Shown here piece by piece: positions 1 to 11,866 of a DNA stretch of 64,000 nt. Under the pieces are notes generated by a model that saw nothing but the letters and a program-made list of their open reading frames with translations, was not told where the DNA came from and made no database searches. This stretch comes from Pachysolen tannophilus NRRL Y-2460 (taxonomy: Eukaryota). Each line of letters starts with the position of its first letter. The stretch's first letter is position 1. The stretch lies in contig KV454017.1 of NCBI GenBank assembly GCA_001661245.1, positions 549,061-613,060 of the forward strand. Reading direction: 5' to 3'. Made by a program: the position numbers and the translations under genes.

Positions 1-1104
1 ATCTCTTTTTATTTCAGGAGGAGGAATAATTTTTTTCTTTTTATGTGGGATCAAATCTTCTTCTTCACCTTTAATACCTAATTTCCTTTTAACTTCTTTA
101 ACTTGAGATCTTAAATTAAAAATATTTTTTTCTATTTTCAAAGCATTATACCTTTTAGCTTCTCTAAGAGCACACATATAAACCAATTCTCTTGCATTTT
201 TTAATTCTATATATAATTTGTGTAAACTTTCAGAATTTTGTAAATCTGATTTTCTTGTCTTTCTAACACTTCTTATAGTTCTATGTCTAAAACAAATATA
301 AGGATCAGAATCATTATTTTCATTTGGATCTTCAAATCTTAAAGCAGGGAAAATTGGCCGTCCATTTCTTGCTAATCTTCTTTCTTTCCAATGTTTATAA
401 ACTTTTTCACCATATTTATCAAGTAAATCTTTTAAAATTCTTGGTTGTTTCCCATCAATTGGTTCAGCATCAAATAAAGTTTTAAAATTATGTAATTTTA
501 ATTCATTTTGTAAACTTTTTGCTATATCCAGTTTTGAATTTTCATTTAAAGCATAAGATTTAATTTCTTCATATGAAAATATACTTTGTGGATCTGTTTC
601 TAAAAAAGGTTGTTTATCATTTATAACTTTTTCAAAATTATATGAAATTATTTCAAATTCTGATTCTGTTAATTTAATATTATCCAGTGGTAAAGATGAA
701 TTTAAAATTTTTAAAAAAATTTCATCTTCTTCATCCATATTATATGGACAACCACATGTATCTTCAACTGTTGCTGAAAATTTGATATACGTTGCAGGTA
801 AAACAAACGTTCCAGTATAATATTTAGAAGCTTCTGGCCATGTCTTGGAAGCATCAGGTGTTGGAATATAAACTTGTTCTACTTGAGAACCTGCAATCTT
901 AGCACGAGCCGCATTGATAACTTTTTGTAAATGTTCTTCCTCTTCTTCCCCCTTTTCCACCCCAGTCTCAATCTGTTGTAACTCTCTCTGTTGATCTTCT
1001 GTTTCTAAATCAGGAAGATCACTCTGTTTTAAAACTTGTAAAGTCTGCTTAACAGAAATCTTTCGCTGTCTAAAACGAGCACCTGCAGAAGATGGAGGTG
1101 CCAT
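1..1104 (-). CDS. EPL1: Enhancer of polycomb-like NuA4 subunit, 5' part (runs off the window)
   Basis: Not in the ORF track. Manual translation from ATG 1104: MAPPSSAGARFRQRKISVKQTL...IETGVEKGEEEEEHLQ...YIPTPDAS...GCPYNMDEEDE..., the EPcA domain motifs. Confidence 0.95.
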   Translation of the reverse strand, partial: MAPPSSAGARFRQRKISVKQTLQVLKQSDLPDLETEDQQRELQQIETGVEKGEEEEEHLQKVINAARAKIAGSQVEQVYIPTPDASKTWPEASKYYTGTFVLPATYIKFSATVEDTCGCPYNMDEEDEIFLKILNSSLPLDNIKLTESEFEIISYNFEKVINDKQPFLETDPQSIFSYEEIKSYALNENSKLDIAKSLQNELKLHNFKTLFDAEPIDGKQPRILKDLLDKYGEKVYKHWKERRLARNGRPIFPALRFEDPNENNDSDPYICFRHRTIRSVRKTRKSDLQNSESLHKLYIELKNARELVYMCALREAKRYNALKIEKNIFNLRSQVKEVKRKLGIKGEEEDLIPHKKKKIIPPPEIKRD

Positions 1105-1462
1105 TTTTGTCTCTCTTTATTTCTTTCTTTCTTTAGTTTTTTTTCTTTAATCTTTCAAATTCGGGGCTGTCTCCGGTTCCGCGGCTGTATCGCGCTGTCT
1201 AGACCTGTTTGGGGCTGTCTAGCCTTGTCTGAACCAAAAACAGAAAAAAAAATATATATATTCTTGAAATGAAATTAATCTGGGCGACAAAAAAGAAAAA
1301 AAACTTTTTAACACTTAGAACAACATCTATAATTGAAGCAATCTATCATGAAATTATATTCAGTTGAAAGGCCGAGATTTTCTCTTTAAAACGATATATT
1401 TTTTTAATCAACTCGCCAACAAAAATTCGTTATATGACTATGATTTCAATACATACAACCTA

Positions 1463-1471
1463 GGTGGCAAA
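1463..1471 (+). promoter_or_regulatory. Rpn4-type PACE element (GGTGGCAAA) in the EPL1/carboxypeptidase intergenic region
   Basis: Exact 9-mer match; function inferred only. Confidence 0.3.
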
Positions 1472-2426
1472 AATGCTTTTTTAGTTTATAATAAATTTCT
1501 CGCTACACATTCCGAAAATTTTTATTTTGAGAATGGAGTTAAAAAGCGTAAAATTTTTTGCGAAAGTAAAAAAAAACCAAAAAAAAAAATCCTAAAAGGG
1601 AATAATTGTTCTTTTGGGACACTACATTTATTTGGGATCTAGGGCTGTTTCTTTTTCAGTTTTTTTGCTAGGGGCGGTGGTTTATAGCATCTATTTTCAT
1701 GAATTAAAAATAAAAATTGTAATGTAATTTATCAATTCATCAATGGGGAAGGAGAAAAATGTTCATGTGTGTGTCTATGTGTGGGTTTATTTGGGAGAAA
1801 GCTTAGTTTCTTGGTTTTTTGTACGTAAGTGAGGACTTTACTAAAAACCATAGTAAAAAGAACAAATAAAAGAGATAAAAAGATAAAAAATAGAAAAGGC
1901 AACTTGCTGGTATAACTTTTACTCTTGTGTCTTATATCTGCATTGGTAAATTTGAGCACTCACGACTTTCGAAGCGGTACTAATTACCCCATAGAACTGA
2001 TAAGTCAATTAGTTAGTTAAGTAGTTTCATTAACTTATTACAAGTCAAATAATATTAGGTGGTTGGTGTTCCAATAGAAGTATCAGTATAATAAGTTGAT
2101 TGATATGTAAAGAGATTACTGTGTTTTGTTGTGTGTTTTTGTTTTCTTTTATTTTTTTTTTAGTCAATTTATCCTCTTTTATTTCTTTGGACATATTGCT
2201 GCTGCAGGTTTTATATTGGGGTTTCTTAAATTACGGCTTTTGCATACATAATAATAAGAGTTTAAGTACTCTTGTCGTTTAAGAGGCATCGGACTACATA
2301 TATAAAACCCAAAGTATTTCCGTTACTAATTGTATCAATAAGAAGAGAAAAAAAAAAAGAAAATTGTCTTTCATAGTTTATTAATTTCGTAATTGAACTG
2401 ATAATTTAAAGTGTTAAACTTCTGGG

Positions 2427-4133
2427 ATGAAATTTGGTGATTTTACAGTTTTCGTTTTATTTAGTCTGGTGGTTTTTGGTTGTTCCGGTGGGTTTTGTTT
2501 TAAATTATTACATTTTGGTGATGATGAGAAAGAAATTGATCAGACTGTTATAGGTGGCGATCATACAATTTTTACCCATTCAAATTGGGGTAAAATTTTA
2601 ACTTCTTCATTTTTTTTTCAAAAAACTATTGAGGTTTATGGAGAACCTAATATTGAAGAATTAAATGATGAAATAATTGAATCTTGGTTAAAAATTGAAT
2701 CGGATTTAAATGAAAAAGAAATTTTGAAAGCAATTGAAAATTATTCAAATTTTTTAAATCATTTTTCAAAACCAAATTCTTACAAGATTTTTTCAAATAA
2801 TGCTAAAAAAATTTGGGAACATATTAATGGTAAAAAAGATTCTTTAAAAGGTTATTCTTTAAGAATTAAGAAAACTAATCCTGAAATTTTAGGAATTGAT
2901 AAAGTTGATCAATATGCAGGATATTTGGATGTTGAAAATGATGATAAACATTTTTTTTATTGGTTTTTCGAATCTCGAAATGATCCTAAAAATGACCCAA
3001 TTATATTATGGTTAAATGGTGGACCAGGTTGTAGTAGTCTTACTGGTTTATTTTTTGAATTGGGTCCTTCTTCAATAACTCAAGAATTAAAACCAAAAAT
3101 TAATCCATTTTCATGGAATTCAAACGCATCAATTATCTTTTTGGATCAACCTGTTGGAGTTGGTTTTTCATATTCATCAAGTGATAAAAGAATTGGATCC
3201 ACTGATGCTGCTGGTAAAGATGTTTATGCATTTTTAGAACTTTTTTTCTTAAAATTCCCTCAATATTCTAAAAATAAATTTCATATTGCTGGAGAATCTT
3301 ATGGTGGTCATTATGTTCCAAAATTTGCATCTGAAATCATAAGCCATCAAGATCGGTCTTTTGATTTGACTTCAGTTTTAATTGGTAATGGTATGGTTGA
3401 TCCAAAGTCACAATTTAAATCTTATAAGCCAATGGCATGTGGAGAAGGTGGTTATAAACAAGTCATCTCAGATGAAGATTGTATAAATTTAGAGAAAATG
3501 ATACCAAGATGTGATCTGCTCAGTAATTTATGCTACAAATATCAATCTGCATTCACTTGTATTCCAGCAATGGCATATTGTTCTAAAGTTTTTGATCCTT
3601 ATTCAAAGACAGGTTTAAATATGTACGATATAAGAGTTCCTTGTGATCCGGACACTAAACTTTGCTATAAAGATATTGAATTTGTAGATCAATATCTTAA
3701 TCTACCACAAGTTCAAGATGCATTAGGTGTTGAAGTTGATGAGTTTACTAGTTGCTCCGATCAAGTTGGTGTCAGTTTCCTGCTCACTGGTGATTCTTTT
3801 AAACCATTCCAAGGATATGTTGCAGAACTTTTACTGAAAGATATCCCAGTTTTAATCTATTCTGGTGATAAAGATTACATATGTAATTGGTTAGGAGGTC
3901 ATTTCTGGACTGAAGAATTGGAATGGGATGGTGAATTCTTATTTAGAGCAGATGATTTCAAAAAATGGAATACATTAAATGAAAATCAAGATGCTGGATT
4001 AGTTAAAAGTGCATCTAATTTTACCTTCTTAAGAGTCTTTGACGCTGGTCATATGGTACCTTACGACAAACCAGCCAACGCCTTAGATATGCTAAATAGA
4101 TGGATCAATGGTGACTATACCTTTGGTCACTAA
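2427..4133 (+). CDS. Serine carboxypeptidase S10 (carboxypeptidase Y / Prc1-Atg42 family)
   Basis: Signal peptide; FFYWFFESRNDP, WLNGGPGCSS, GESYGG (catalytic Ser), GDKDYICNW (Asp), AGHMVP (His). TATATAAA at 2299-2306. Confidence 0.95.
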   Translation: MKFGDFTVFVLFSLVVFGCSGGFCFKLLHFGDDEKEIDQTVIGGDHTIFTHSNWGKILTSSFFFQKTIEVYGEPNIEELNDEIIESWLKIESDLNEKEILKAIENYSNFLNHFSKPNSYKIFSNNAKKIWEHINGKKDSLKGYSLRIKKTNPEILGIDKVDQYAGYLDVENDDKHFFYWFFESRNDPKNDPIILWLNGGPGCSSLTGLFFELGPSSITQELKPKINPFSWNSNASIIFLDQPVGVGFSYSSSDKRIGSTDAAGKDVYAFLELFFLKFPQYSKNKFHIAGESYGGHYVPKFASEIISHQDRSFDLTSVLIGNGMVDPKSQFKSYKPMACGEGGYKQVISDEDCINLEKMIPRCDLLSNLCYKYQSAFTCIPAMAYCSKVFDPYSKTGLNMYDIRVPCDPDTKLCYKDIEFVDQYLNLPQVQDALGVEVDEFTSCSDQVGVSFLLTGDSFKPFQGYVAELLLKDIPVLIYSGDKDYICNWLGGHFWTEELEWDGEFLFRADDFKKWNTLNENQDAGLVKSASNFTFLRVFDAGHMVPYDKPANALDMLNRWINGDYTFGH

Positions 4134-4271
4134 TTCTTTTTTATAATTAAACAACATTTATAGGCATATAAGTTTTAAATAATAAATAAATCTTTAAAAA
4201 GTGAAAAATTTATAAACAGATTAAAAAAAAAAAAAAAAGAAAAAAATTTTTTTTTTTTTTTTCTTTTTATG

Positions 4272-4282
4272 TGAAAAATTTT
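4272..4282 (+). promoter_or_regulatory. RRPE element (TGAAAAATTTT) upstream of a nucleolar gene
   Basis: Exact RRPE about 100 bp upstream of the SRP40 ATG; a second near-copy at about 4202. Confidence 0.55.
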
Positions 4283-4383
4283 TTTAGCTTATCATAAGAG
4301 TATTATTTATTATCAATAAGTTTCTTTCAATTTGTTGGTGTCTAGAGAGAGAGAGGTTGTGTTTTGTTGGTGAGTGTTTGAAA

Positions 4384-5628
4384 ATGCCTGAATCACAGAG
4401 AGTTTTGTCATTTATTGTAGATTATTTGGATCGTAATGATTTTAAAGTTGTATCTAAGAAGTTGGTGAAAGAATTGAAGAATAAGAAAATTGAGATTGAT
4501 GAGTTAACGAAAGATGAATCAAAGAAACTAGAAGATTTGATTGGGTCGCTCAATAAGACTCTGGATTCAGAAAAGGAGTCTTCTTCGGAAGAGGAATCTT
4601 CTTCTGATTCAGACAGTGGTTCCGACTCAGACTCAGACTCAGATTCAGACTCAGATTCAGATTCGTCACCAAAAAAAGATGAAGAAGAATCATTAGATTC
4701 TTCTGACGATAGCGATAGTAGCAGCGATAGTGAATCCGATTCAGAAGGAAAAGAAAAGAAAAATTCTAAAAAAAGAGCATTAGAAAGCAGTGATTCTGAT
4801 AAGGTTTCTCCTAAAAGATCCAAGACAGAAGCTAAATCGGATTCGAGTTCCGATTCTTCTTCTGACGATTCTGAAGGAGAAAGCTCTTCTGACTCTGAAG
4901 ACAGCAGCTCAGATTCGGATTCAGATTCAGATTCTAGTGATTCTAGTGATTCTAGTGATTCTAGTGATTCTAGTGATTCAAGTGATTCAAGTGATTCAAG
5001 TGATTCTAGTGATTCTAGTGATTCTGACGATGAGTCCTCCGACTCGGATGAACAAGATTCAAAAAAAAAGAGCGAAAATAAAGAATCGTCATCAGATGAA
5101 AGCAGTGAATCAGACTCTGACTCAGATTCTGATTCGGATTCGGATTCGGATTCTGATTCGGATTCTGATAATGCACTGAAAAAAAATGGAAAAAGTAAAA
5201 TAAAACATGCAAATGAAAAAGAAGCTCAAACAATAACCCATACCGTAGACGTTTCCGTTACCACTACATCATCAAACATAAATAATAAACCACATAGTAT
5301 ATCGGAATCTTCCACCACAGAATCACAGATTTCTTCAAGAGGTTCAACACCACCAATTCTTGCCACAGATTTAGCTCCAGACAATAACGGACAAGGAAAG
5401 AGGCATCATTTTTCAAGAATTGATAGATCAAAGATTTCTTTTGAAGACGTGGCATTGGTTGATAATACATATAAAGGTGTTGCAGGAACTTGGGGTGAAA
5501 GGGCCAACGAAAAATTGAATTTGGTTAGGGGAAAGGATTTCACAAAAAATAAAAATAAATTGAAAAGAGGTTCATATAAAGGTGGTAGTATAACTATGGC
5601 TACTGGAAGTTATAAATTTTTAGATTGA
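4384..5628 (+). CDS. SRP40: Nucleolar Ser/Asp-rich protein Srp40/Nopp140
   Basis: LisH-like N-terminus, long SD tracts, C-terminal SRP40_C motif (FSRI...[32 protein letters not shown]...SYKF). First ATG is at 4384. Confidence 0.93.
   Translation: MPESQRVLSFIVDYLDRNDFKVVSKKLVKELKNKKIEIDELTKDESKKLEDLIGSLNKTLDSEKESSSEEESSSDSDSGSDSDSDSDSDSDSDSSPKKDEEESLDSSDDSDSSSDSESDSEGKEKKNSKKRALESSDSDKVSPKRSKTEAKSDSSSDSSSDDSEGESSSDSEDSSSDSDSDSDSSDSSDSSDSSDSSDSSDSSDSSDSSDSSDSDDESSDSDEQDSKKKSENKESSSDESSESDSDSDSDSDSDSDSDSDSDNALKKNGKSKIKHANEKEAQTITHTVDVSVTTTSSNINNKPHSISESSTTESQISSRGSTPPILATDLAPDNNGQGKRHHFSRIDRSKISFEDVALVDNTYKGVAGTWGERANEKLNLVRGKDFTKNKNKLKRGSYKGGSITMATGSYKFLD
4903..5026 (+). repeat. Coding minisatellite (GATTCA/GATTCG then GATTCTAGT/GATTCAAGT units) encoding SD/DSS repeats in SRP40
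   Basis: 6- and 9-bp tandem units visible in the sequence. Confidence 0.9.
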
Positions 5629-6109
5629 AATAATAAAGGTTTGAGTATATTAACCTTGTGTTGATGATTTGTTAAGTAGAAAAAACATTGTAATAACATC
5701 TTTTTTTTTTTCTTTTCTTTTGCTTTTCTGATTTCTATTTCTTCTCTATTTAATTTTGGTTCAACGCATCAATAGGCTATATTTATATATATCAATTTAA
5801 TTCAAATACAATATTATTTTTATTTTTTAAAATGAAGTTTATATAACTCTTACAAAAAAGTTCGGATATCAAAAAAATATACACGTATATATTAATACAA
5901 GTAAATCATGCTGTTCTTTTTAAGAAAAGTACAATAAATGGAGAAGAAGAAAAAAACTCCTTTAAAACAAGCCCAAGACACCCAAGAATATAGTCCAGTT
6001 AAAGATAAAATAAAAAAATAAAATAAAAAGTAAAAATAAAAATATAAAAAAAAAAGAAAAAAACCACTTCCTCACAAAAACAAAAAACAGCCATATGATT
6101 ATACATTCA

Positions 6110-7657
6110 TTAATCGCTATCAGTTCTAATTGATTCTTTCATTTCATTGTCATCATCTTCGACATCAGTCTCAGTCTTATAATCCTCATCTACGTCTGTA
6201 CTAACATCTCCAATTCGATTACTATTATTGTACATATTTTGTCTAAACGATGGTGATTGTGACCTTGAATTAGTCAAAAGACTATTTGCCGAAGCATTTT
6301 GTTTTGTTGGAGAAGATAAACTAATTAAAGATATAATTGCATTTGTCTCTGCTGAAGTATCTAGTTCACTTGTACTTCTATGTCTTGAATGTTCATTTTT
6401 ACGGACCATTTTAATTGGTGATGAAGTGGAAGTAGTCTTTTGGGACAAAACATTAAATAGAGCTTCGCTAGCATCTTGAGTTGATGATACAGACGAAAAT
6501 GAAGATGAAGGAGACAAACTAGAATGACCAAATTCTGCAGAACTACTTCTCTTATGTCCTTTAGGATTATGAACACGAGTGGATGCAAATTCATCTAATC
6601 TCATTCTAGAATTATGATGTGGTTGAAATTGGTGTGGTTGATTTGATGTTTGTGGTGGTATATACAAAGGTCTTGGTCTATGATTTTGATTTCGTAAAGT
6701 AGAAGCTGCACTTTGTGAATTATTTGATACAGAAGTGGTATTATTTTTCCTTGGACTAATTGATGATGGAACTGATGATGTTATTATATTTGGTGGTGCT
6801 GAATTTGTAATAGAAGTAGAGTTTGTATTATCAATTTTTTTCTCCAATTCTGATATTGGTTTATCAGTCCATCCATTTTGAATTTTAACATAAGCATAAT
6901 TAAGCCTTGTTTTCAAATTTTCACTTATTTCTTTTATTTCAACTTCTGATTGTTTTACTCTTAAAGTTTCATTTGGAGGAGACTTATTATTTGCAGTTTC
7001 ATTGAAAACTGATGTTTCCCGTTGTAAAGTTTTTGAAATAGATGATGTATTTAATTTTGCCAAATTATCTTCATTATTTAAAAGCTTGTATAATTCCAAA
7101 GATCTTTTCTTTGCTTGGGTAACATTATCTTCATTAGCTCCACCATTATCGTTATTATCATTTGAATGTTCATTTCGATCTGGTGTTTTCAATAAATTAT
7201 AAAAATCAGTTGACCTTCTCTTTGCCGACCTCGGAGTCTTTGTTGGAGATTGTAAAGGTGTTCCATCAAATGCACTTAAATTCCTTTGATCAGGTGTACG
7301 TGGAATTAAACTCGTATTATCAGAAAAACTTAACCTTCTTGTATTAGTAGTACTATTGAATTTAACTGTGGGTAAATGTTGTTGCAGAGTTTGCATAGAC
7401 TCCAGTTGTTGAAAAGCCACAGAATCATTAGAATTTCTATATTTTGGAGAATTTACAAGTGGAGGTGTTGATGGAGGTGTATTTTTCCTATCACCCACTA
7501 CCGTATCTTTATCTGTATCTTTACTTGTATCTGTATTTGTATTAATTGTACCTGATGATACTTGGGAATGTTTTTGAGCTTGATGGCTTATACCACTAAT
7601 TGGAATTTTGAAATTCTTATTTTCGGCCGCTTCATTCTTTTCTACCCCTGATGACAT
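6110..7657 (-). CDS. Whi5/Nrm1-family G1/S transcriptional repressor
   Basis: GTB motif LKTRLNYAYVKIQNGWTDKPISELE; many S/T-P CDK sites; adjacent to SRP40, as the WHI5 ohnolog SRL3 is in S. cerevisiae. Confidence 0.8.
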   Translation of the reverse strand: MSSGVEKNEAAENKNFKIPISGISHQAQKHSQVSSGTINTNTDTSKDTDKDTVVGDRKNTPPSTPPLVNSPKYRNSNDSVAFQQLESMQTLQQHLPTVKFNSTTNTRRLSFSDNTSLIPRTPDQRNLSAFDGTPLQSPTKTPRSAKRRSTDFYNLLKTPDRNEHSNDNNDNGGANEDNVTQAKKRSLELYKLLNNEDNLAKLNTSSISKTLQRETSVFNETANNKSPPNETLRVKQSEVEIKEISENLKTRLNYAYVKIQNGWTDKPISELEKKIDNTNSTSITNSAPPNIITSSVPSSISPRKNNTTSVSNNSQSAASTLRNQNHRPRPLYIPPQTSNQPHQFQPHHNSRMRLDEFASTRVHNPKGHKRSSSAEFGHSSLSPSSSFSSVSSTQDASEALFNVLSQKTTSTSSPIKMVRKNEHSRHRSTSELDTSAETNAIISLISLSSPTKQNASANSLLTNSRSQSPSFRQNMYNNSNRIGDVSTDVDEDYKTETDVEDDDNEMKESIRTDSD

Positions 7658-8029
7658 TTTCTATTAAAAATAAAATATATTTTATATATATTAAATATAT
7701 ATATATATATATATAATCAACAGTCAATTTAATATTCTTTTATTTGATATTATAGAATAATTAAAAATATTCTTATTTCTATTGTATTGAATTAAAATAA
7801 TTAAATATAATATATATATATATATATTATATATATTATTCAATTATATTTATGTTTAAAATGAGATGGTGACTTATCCATTTTTAGTTCTATTATTGTT
7901 TTACTTTAAAAAAAAAAAAAAAAAAAATTTTCGCATTTGAAGCGGGAAAATGCGCACGCATGTTCTCCACTACAAACAGATTTTTGAAATGACTTTAAAC
8001 CGGTAATTTTATTATGTATTTTATCAATT

Positions 8030-8120
8030 GATAATGATAATAATAATGATAATAATAATATGAAATTATAATAATATGAAATAATAATAATATGAAATAA
8101 TAATATGAAATAATAATAAG
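8030..8120. repeat. Low-complexity (AAT)n / ATAATAATATGAA tandem repeat
   Basis: Seen directly. Confidence 0.7.
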
Positions 8121-8267
8121 AAAAATTTTCTCTTTTTTTTTTTAAAAAAAAAAAAACATGTAATGAAAAGCACACATTAATTCCCCAAATATAATGAAAT
8201 TTTAATAATAAAAAATGAAAAATAAAAATTAGTAGTATACAATATAAATAATTGGCTATTAAGTTTG

Positions 8268-10598
8268 TTATTTCTTTAAAACTTTCTCTAATTCATCTTC
8301 TTCAGCAACGCTTAATTTTATCAATTCCTCTTCGTCTTCGTCCTCATCCTCGTCACTTTTATCTTCTTCTTCATCTTCGTCATCATTATTCTCGTCATCT
8401 TCTTCACTTTCCTCTTCATCTTCTTCAGGTTCACTTTCTTCATTAAAACCCAATTTTTTAGCTTTTAAACATACAGTATTAACGATTTCATTCCAATCCA
8501 TCATACCACCCATACCAATATCACCATAACTTCCAACAACTTTTTCTGTTGGTTTTAAAATTTCAATCCATTTCATTTCTTCTTTTATAGCTTTTAAATG
8601 TCTCTTTGTAGTTGGTGAATTATATGCATAACTAACCATTGATGGTGCTAATAAAATTGGATATTGTGTATTCCATGCTCTAACAACATTTGTTAATAAA
8701 TTATCACAAAGTCCAAGTGCAATCTTAGATAAAGTGTTTGCAGTTAATGGTGCAATTATTAAGATATCAGCCCAACGACGTAATTCTATATGTAATACAG
8801 GATCTGATCTTGCACCCCATGTAGACCATTCATCTTTATCTCTCCATATTTGAACATTTGTTGGAAACTCACCACGAGAAACAAAATGTTCTGCTGCAGA
8901 AGTTAAAATTAATTGTATTGAAATTTTACGTCCAAATATCTCTTCCAATTTATTTATTATTAATCTTGTCTTTTTGGTAGATACTGAACCACATATACCA
9001 AATAAAACATGGAATTTATTATCATCTTGAGGTAATCTTGCATCTATGATTTGCTTTGTCACTGGAGACAGAACTGATGTTGGATGGCCAGTTGCAACAC
9101 CATTCGATGATTGCGCATTAGTGGAAGCTGCTGGTCCTCCTCCTCCTCCTGCTGGTCCTGCTACTCCAGGTCCTCCTCCTGTTGCTGCCACCCCAACTAT
9201 TGACAGAGGTCCATGCAAGTTGCTGGCGCTCCTTCTTGAATCTCGATCATTAATACTATTTAGAGCTGTATCTATGGGTACGGGTACATTTCTTGATTCA
9301 CATGTACTAGCAGATCCACTGCGTGATCTAGATTCGCCACTACTTCCACCATGCTTCAAAGTATCATCAACATAAAAATGTGCATGCATAGATGGTAATT
9401 TTTGATGATGAAATTGTTGTTGATTTAATTTTAAATTTCTAACAGATAATTCACGATCATCATTAGATTGTCTTTCTTCATCAAATAATTCTGCCAATTT
9501 TGATGAAGATTTCTCTCTTGCTGCATGGGCTGCAGCAGCTGATACTACAGCTTGAGCAGCAGCTCTTCCTCTTAATAATGCACCTCCTGCTGGTATTGTT
9601 TCTCTTTCTCTTTCTCTTTCTCTTTGTTGTTGTTGTTGACTTACTATAGAAGGAACAGGTGATTTTGGAGGTGAAATAAAATGTGGTTTTATCGAACTTG
9701 GAGAACATGGATTTGATTGAACTAAAATCGATTGTGGTTGAGGAGAAACAACATGAGTATTTGTTGAATCCAATTTAATTGGTTTAAAATCATTTGTAAC
9801 AGGATTATTTGTAGAATTTGATACTCCAGGAATTACATCAGCAATCGAGTTTGTACTCACACTACCAATGGAATTTGTTGCAATAAATTGTTGTTGTGAT
9901 TGATTTGGTTTTAAAATTGGAGGAGGTGATGGACATCTTAAATTTGAAATTGCCATAACTCTTGGATTTTCTTGTTCAAATTGATCTTTAATACTATTAA
10001 TATCCAGAGAGCTCCCATTATTTGCTTGATTGCTTGATATTGTTACTGATGATTTTTTATTAGTAAAAGTTTGACTCTTTGTTGTAGAATCAAATGTAAT
10101 GACTGGTTTCTTTCTTGGAGCATCGATATTATTTTCTGAAGCAACATCATTAACTGTGAAAGAAGAAGTTGAAGATATATCCACTGATGGCTGCTCTGCA
10201 TTGGCATTGGCGTTGGTGCCGCTGTTGACACCGTTGTTGTTTGTGCTACTGTTGTTGCCGCCACTGGCACTGCCACTGGCGGTACCTACTTCTCTTCCCA
10301 CTGAAGCTGCCGAGGCTGCCGCCAAAGCTACTGAAGCTGCTACCGAAGCTGCCGCCGGTGCATCACATTCCTGCTGTGGTTGTACCGCCAGCGCTGCTTC
10401 AGAAGATCCCGGTGCTGGTCCTGGTGATGGTGCTGCTCTATCTCCAAGAGCTTCACCTTCTCCATGGGTTACTCGCCGTTCCAGCTCTAATGAAGGAGAA
10501 CCAACTACTCTATCCACCGTATGCAGTTCTCTTATTGCTGTTGTTGATGCATCACTACCATCTTTATTTGAATTATCTGGATTTGTTTCCCCCGTCAT
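8268..10598 (-). CDS. SIS2: Hal3/Sis2-Vhs3-type PPC decarboxylase subunit and Ppz1 inhibitor
   Basis: PQDDNKFHVLFG, VLHIELRRWADIL, APLTANTLSKIALGLCDNLL. The clamp region has GSYGDIGMGGM without the catalytic Cys, so Hal3-type rather than Cab3. Acidic tail; synteny with NOB1/SGT1/ASE1/DRE2. Confidence 0.9.
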   Translation of the reverse strand: MTGETNPDNSNKDGSDASTTAIRELHTVDRVVGSPSLELERRVTHGEGEALGDRAAPSPGPAPGSSEAALAVQPQQECDAPAAASVAASVALAAASAASVGREVGTASGSASGGNNSSTNNNGVNSGTNANANAEQPSVDISSTSSFTVNDVASENNIDAPRKKPVITFDSTTKSQTFTNKKSSVTISSNQANNGSSLDINSIKDQFEQENPRVMAISNLRCPSPPPILKPNQSQQQFIATNSIGSVSTNSIADVIPGVSNSTNNPVTNDFKPIKLDSTNTHVVSPQPQSILVQSNPCSPSSIKPHFISPPKSPVPSIVSQQQQQRERERERETIPAGGALLRGRAAAQAVVSAAAAHAAREKSSSKLAELFDEERQSNDDRELSVRNLKLNQQQFHHQKLPSMHAHFYVDDTLKHGGSSGESRSRSGSASTCESRNVPVPIDTALNSINDRDSRRSASNLHGPLSIVGVAATGGGPGVAGPAGGGGGPAASTNAQSSNGVATGHPTSVLSPVTKQIIDARLPQDDNKFHVLFGICGSVSTKKTRLIINKLEEIFGRKISIQLILTSAAEHFVSRGEFPTNVQIWRDKDEWSTWGARSDPVLHIELRRWADILIIAPLTANTLSKIALGLCDNLLTNVVRAWNTQYPILLAPSMVSYAYNSPTTKRHLKAIKEEMKWIEILKPTEKVVGSYGDIGMGGMMDWNEIVNTVCLKAKKLGFNEESEPEEDEEESEEDDENNDDEDEEEDKSDEDEDEDEEELIKLSVAEEDELEKVLKK

Positions 10599-10615
10599 TC
10601 CGTATTGAATAAATA

Positions 10616-10650
<35 letters not shown>

Positions 10651-10849
10651 TATAAAGCGGTTAGATTAACCCCTCGAACCCAAATGGTAAATTTAAAGAA
10701 AATATTGGATCACACCTTTGCAACAACTTGACAACAAAAAAAAAAAAAATAAATAAATAATAATAATAATAAAAATAATAAAAGAATTTAAAAAAATAAA
10801 AAAATTCTAGAAATACAAATACAAAATCAAGAAATTAAAATAAAAAAAA

Positions 10850-11427
10850 NNNNNNNNNNNNNNNNNNNNNNNNNNNNNNNNNNNNNNNNNNNNNNNNNNN
10901 NNNNNNNNNNNNNNNNNNNNNNNNNNNNNNNNNNNNNNNNNNNNNNNNNNNNNNNNNNNNNNNNNNNNNNNNNNNNNNNNNNNNNNNNNNNNNNNNNNNN
11001 NNNNNNNNNNNNNNNNNNNNNNNNNNNNNNNNNNNNNNNNNNNNNNNNNNNNNNNNNNNNNNNNNNNNNNNNNNNNNNNNNNNNNNNNNNNNNNNNNNNN
11101 NNNNNNNNNNNNNNNNNNNNNNNNNNNNNNNNNNNNNNNNNNNNNNNNNNNNNNNNNNNNNNNNNNNNNNNNNNNNNNNNNNNNNNNNNNNNNNNNNNNN
11201 NNNNNNNNNNNNNNNNNNNNNNNNNNNNNNNNNNNNNNNNNNNNNNNNNNNNNNNNNNNNNNNNNNNNNNNNNNNNNNNNNNNNNNNNNNNNNNNNNNNN
11301 NNNNNNNNNNNNNNNNNNNNNNNNNNNNNNNNNNNNNNNNNNNNNNNNNNNNNNNNNNNNNNNNNNNNNNNNNNNNNNNNNNNNNNNNNNNNNNNNNNNN
11401 NNNNNNNNNNNNNNNNNNNNNNNNNNN
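10850..11427. other. Assembly gap (N run)
   Basis: Ns in the sequence. Confidence 1.
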
Positions 11428-11866
11428 TTATTATTATTATTATTTATTTTATTATTATTATTAGTTAGTTACGTTTAGTTTATTTTATTTTNTTTTTNTT
11501 TTTTTTAAATTTTTATTTTTCTTTCTTTTTTGGTAATTGATTTTTCTTAAATTATTTTGTTTTTTGTTAGATGATTTATATAATACAAAGGAAAAAAAAC
11601 TTTTTATGCTTTTTTTTTTTTTTTTGCTTTTAAAATTGCGAGAAAAATAAAAAATAAAAAATTAAAAAAAATTTTTTTTCCTTTGTTAAATTATGTATGA
11701 CATAATAGAAAAAATTAATACAAAAAATTAAAAATTAAAATAAGCAAAAAAAAAATTAATTTTTTAATAAAATAAAGAAAAGGAAATTACCGAATTCAGT
11801 AACTCAAGACTCAGCACAAATAGGGTTAATAATATCCAAATAGAGAAAAAAAAAACCAGAATTTTG

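Noticed and set aside
1364..2282. Short intergenic ORFs rich in F/K
   Set aside because: Non-ATG starts; composition driven by poly-A/T tracts.
4422..5233. Alternative-frame ORFs with ILV/IQV/NP repeats
   Set aside because: Shadows of the SRP40 Ser-Asp minisatellite.
10043..10612. Several overlapping or antisense ORFs in the SIS2 5' region
   Set aside because: Explained by the local GC-rich Ala/Gly/Ser codons, which lack stops in other frames.
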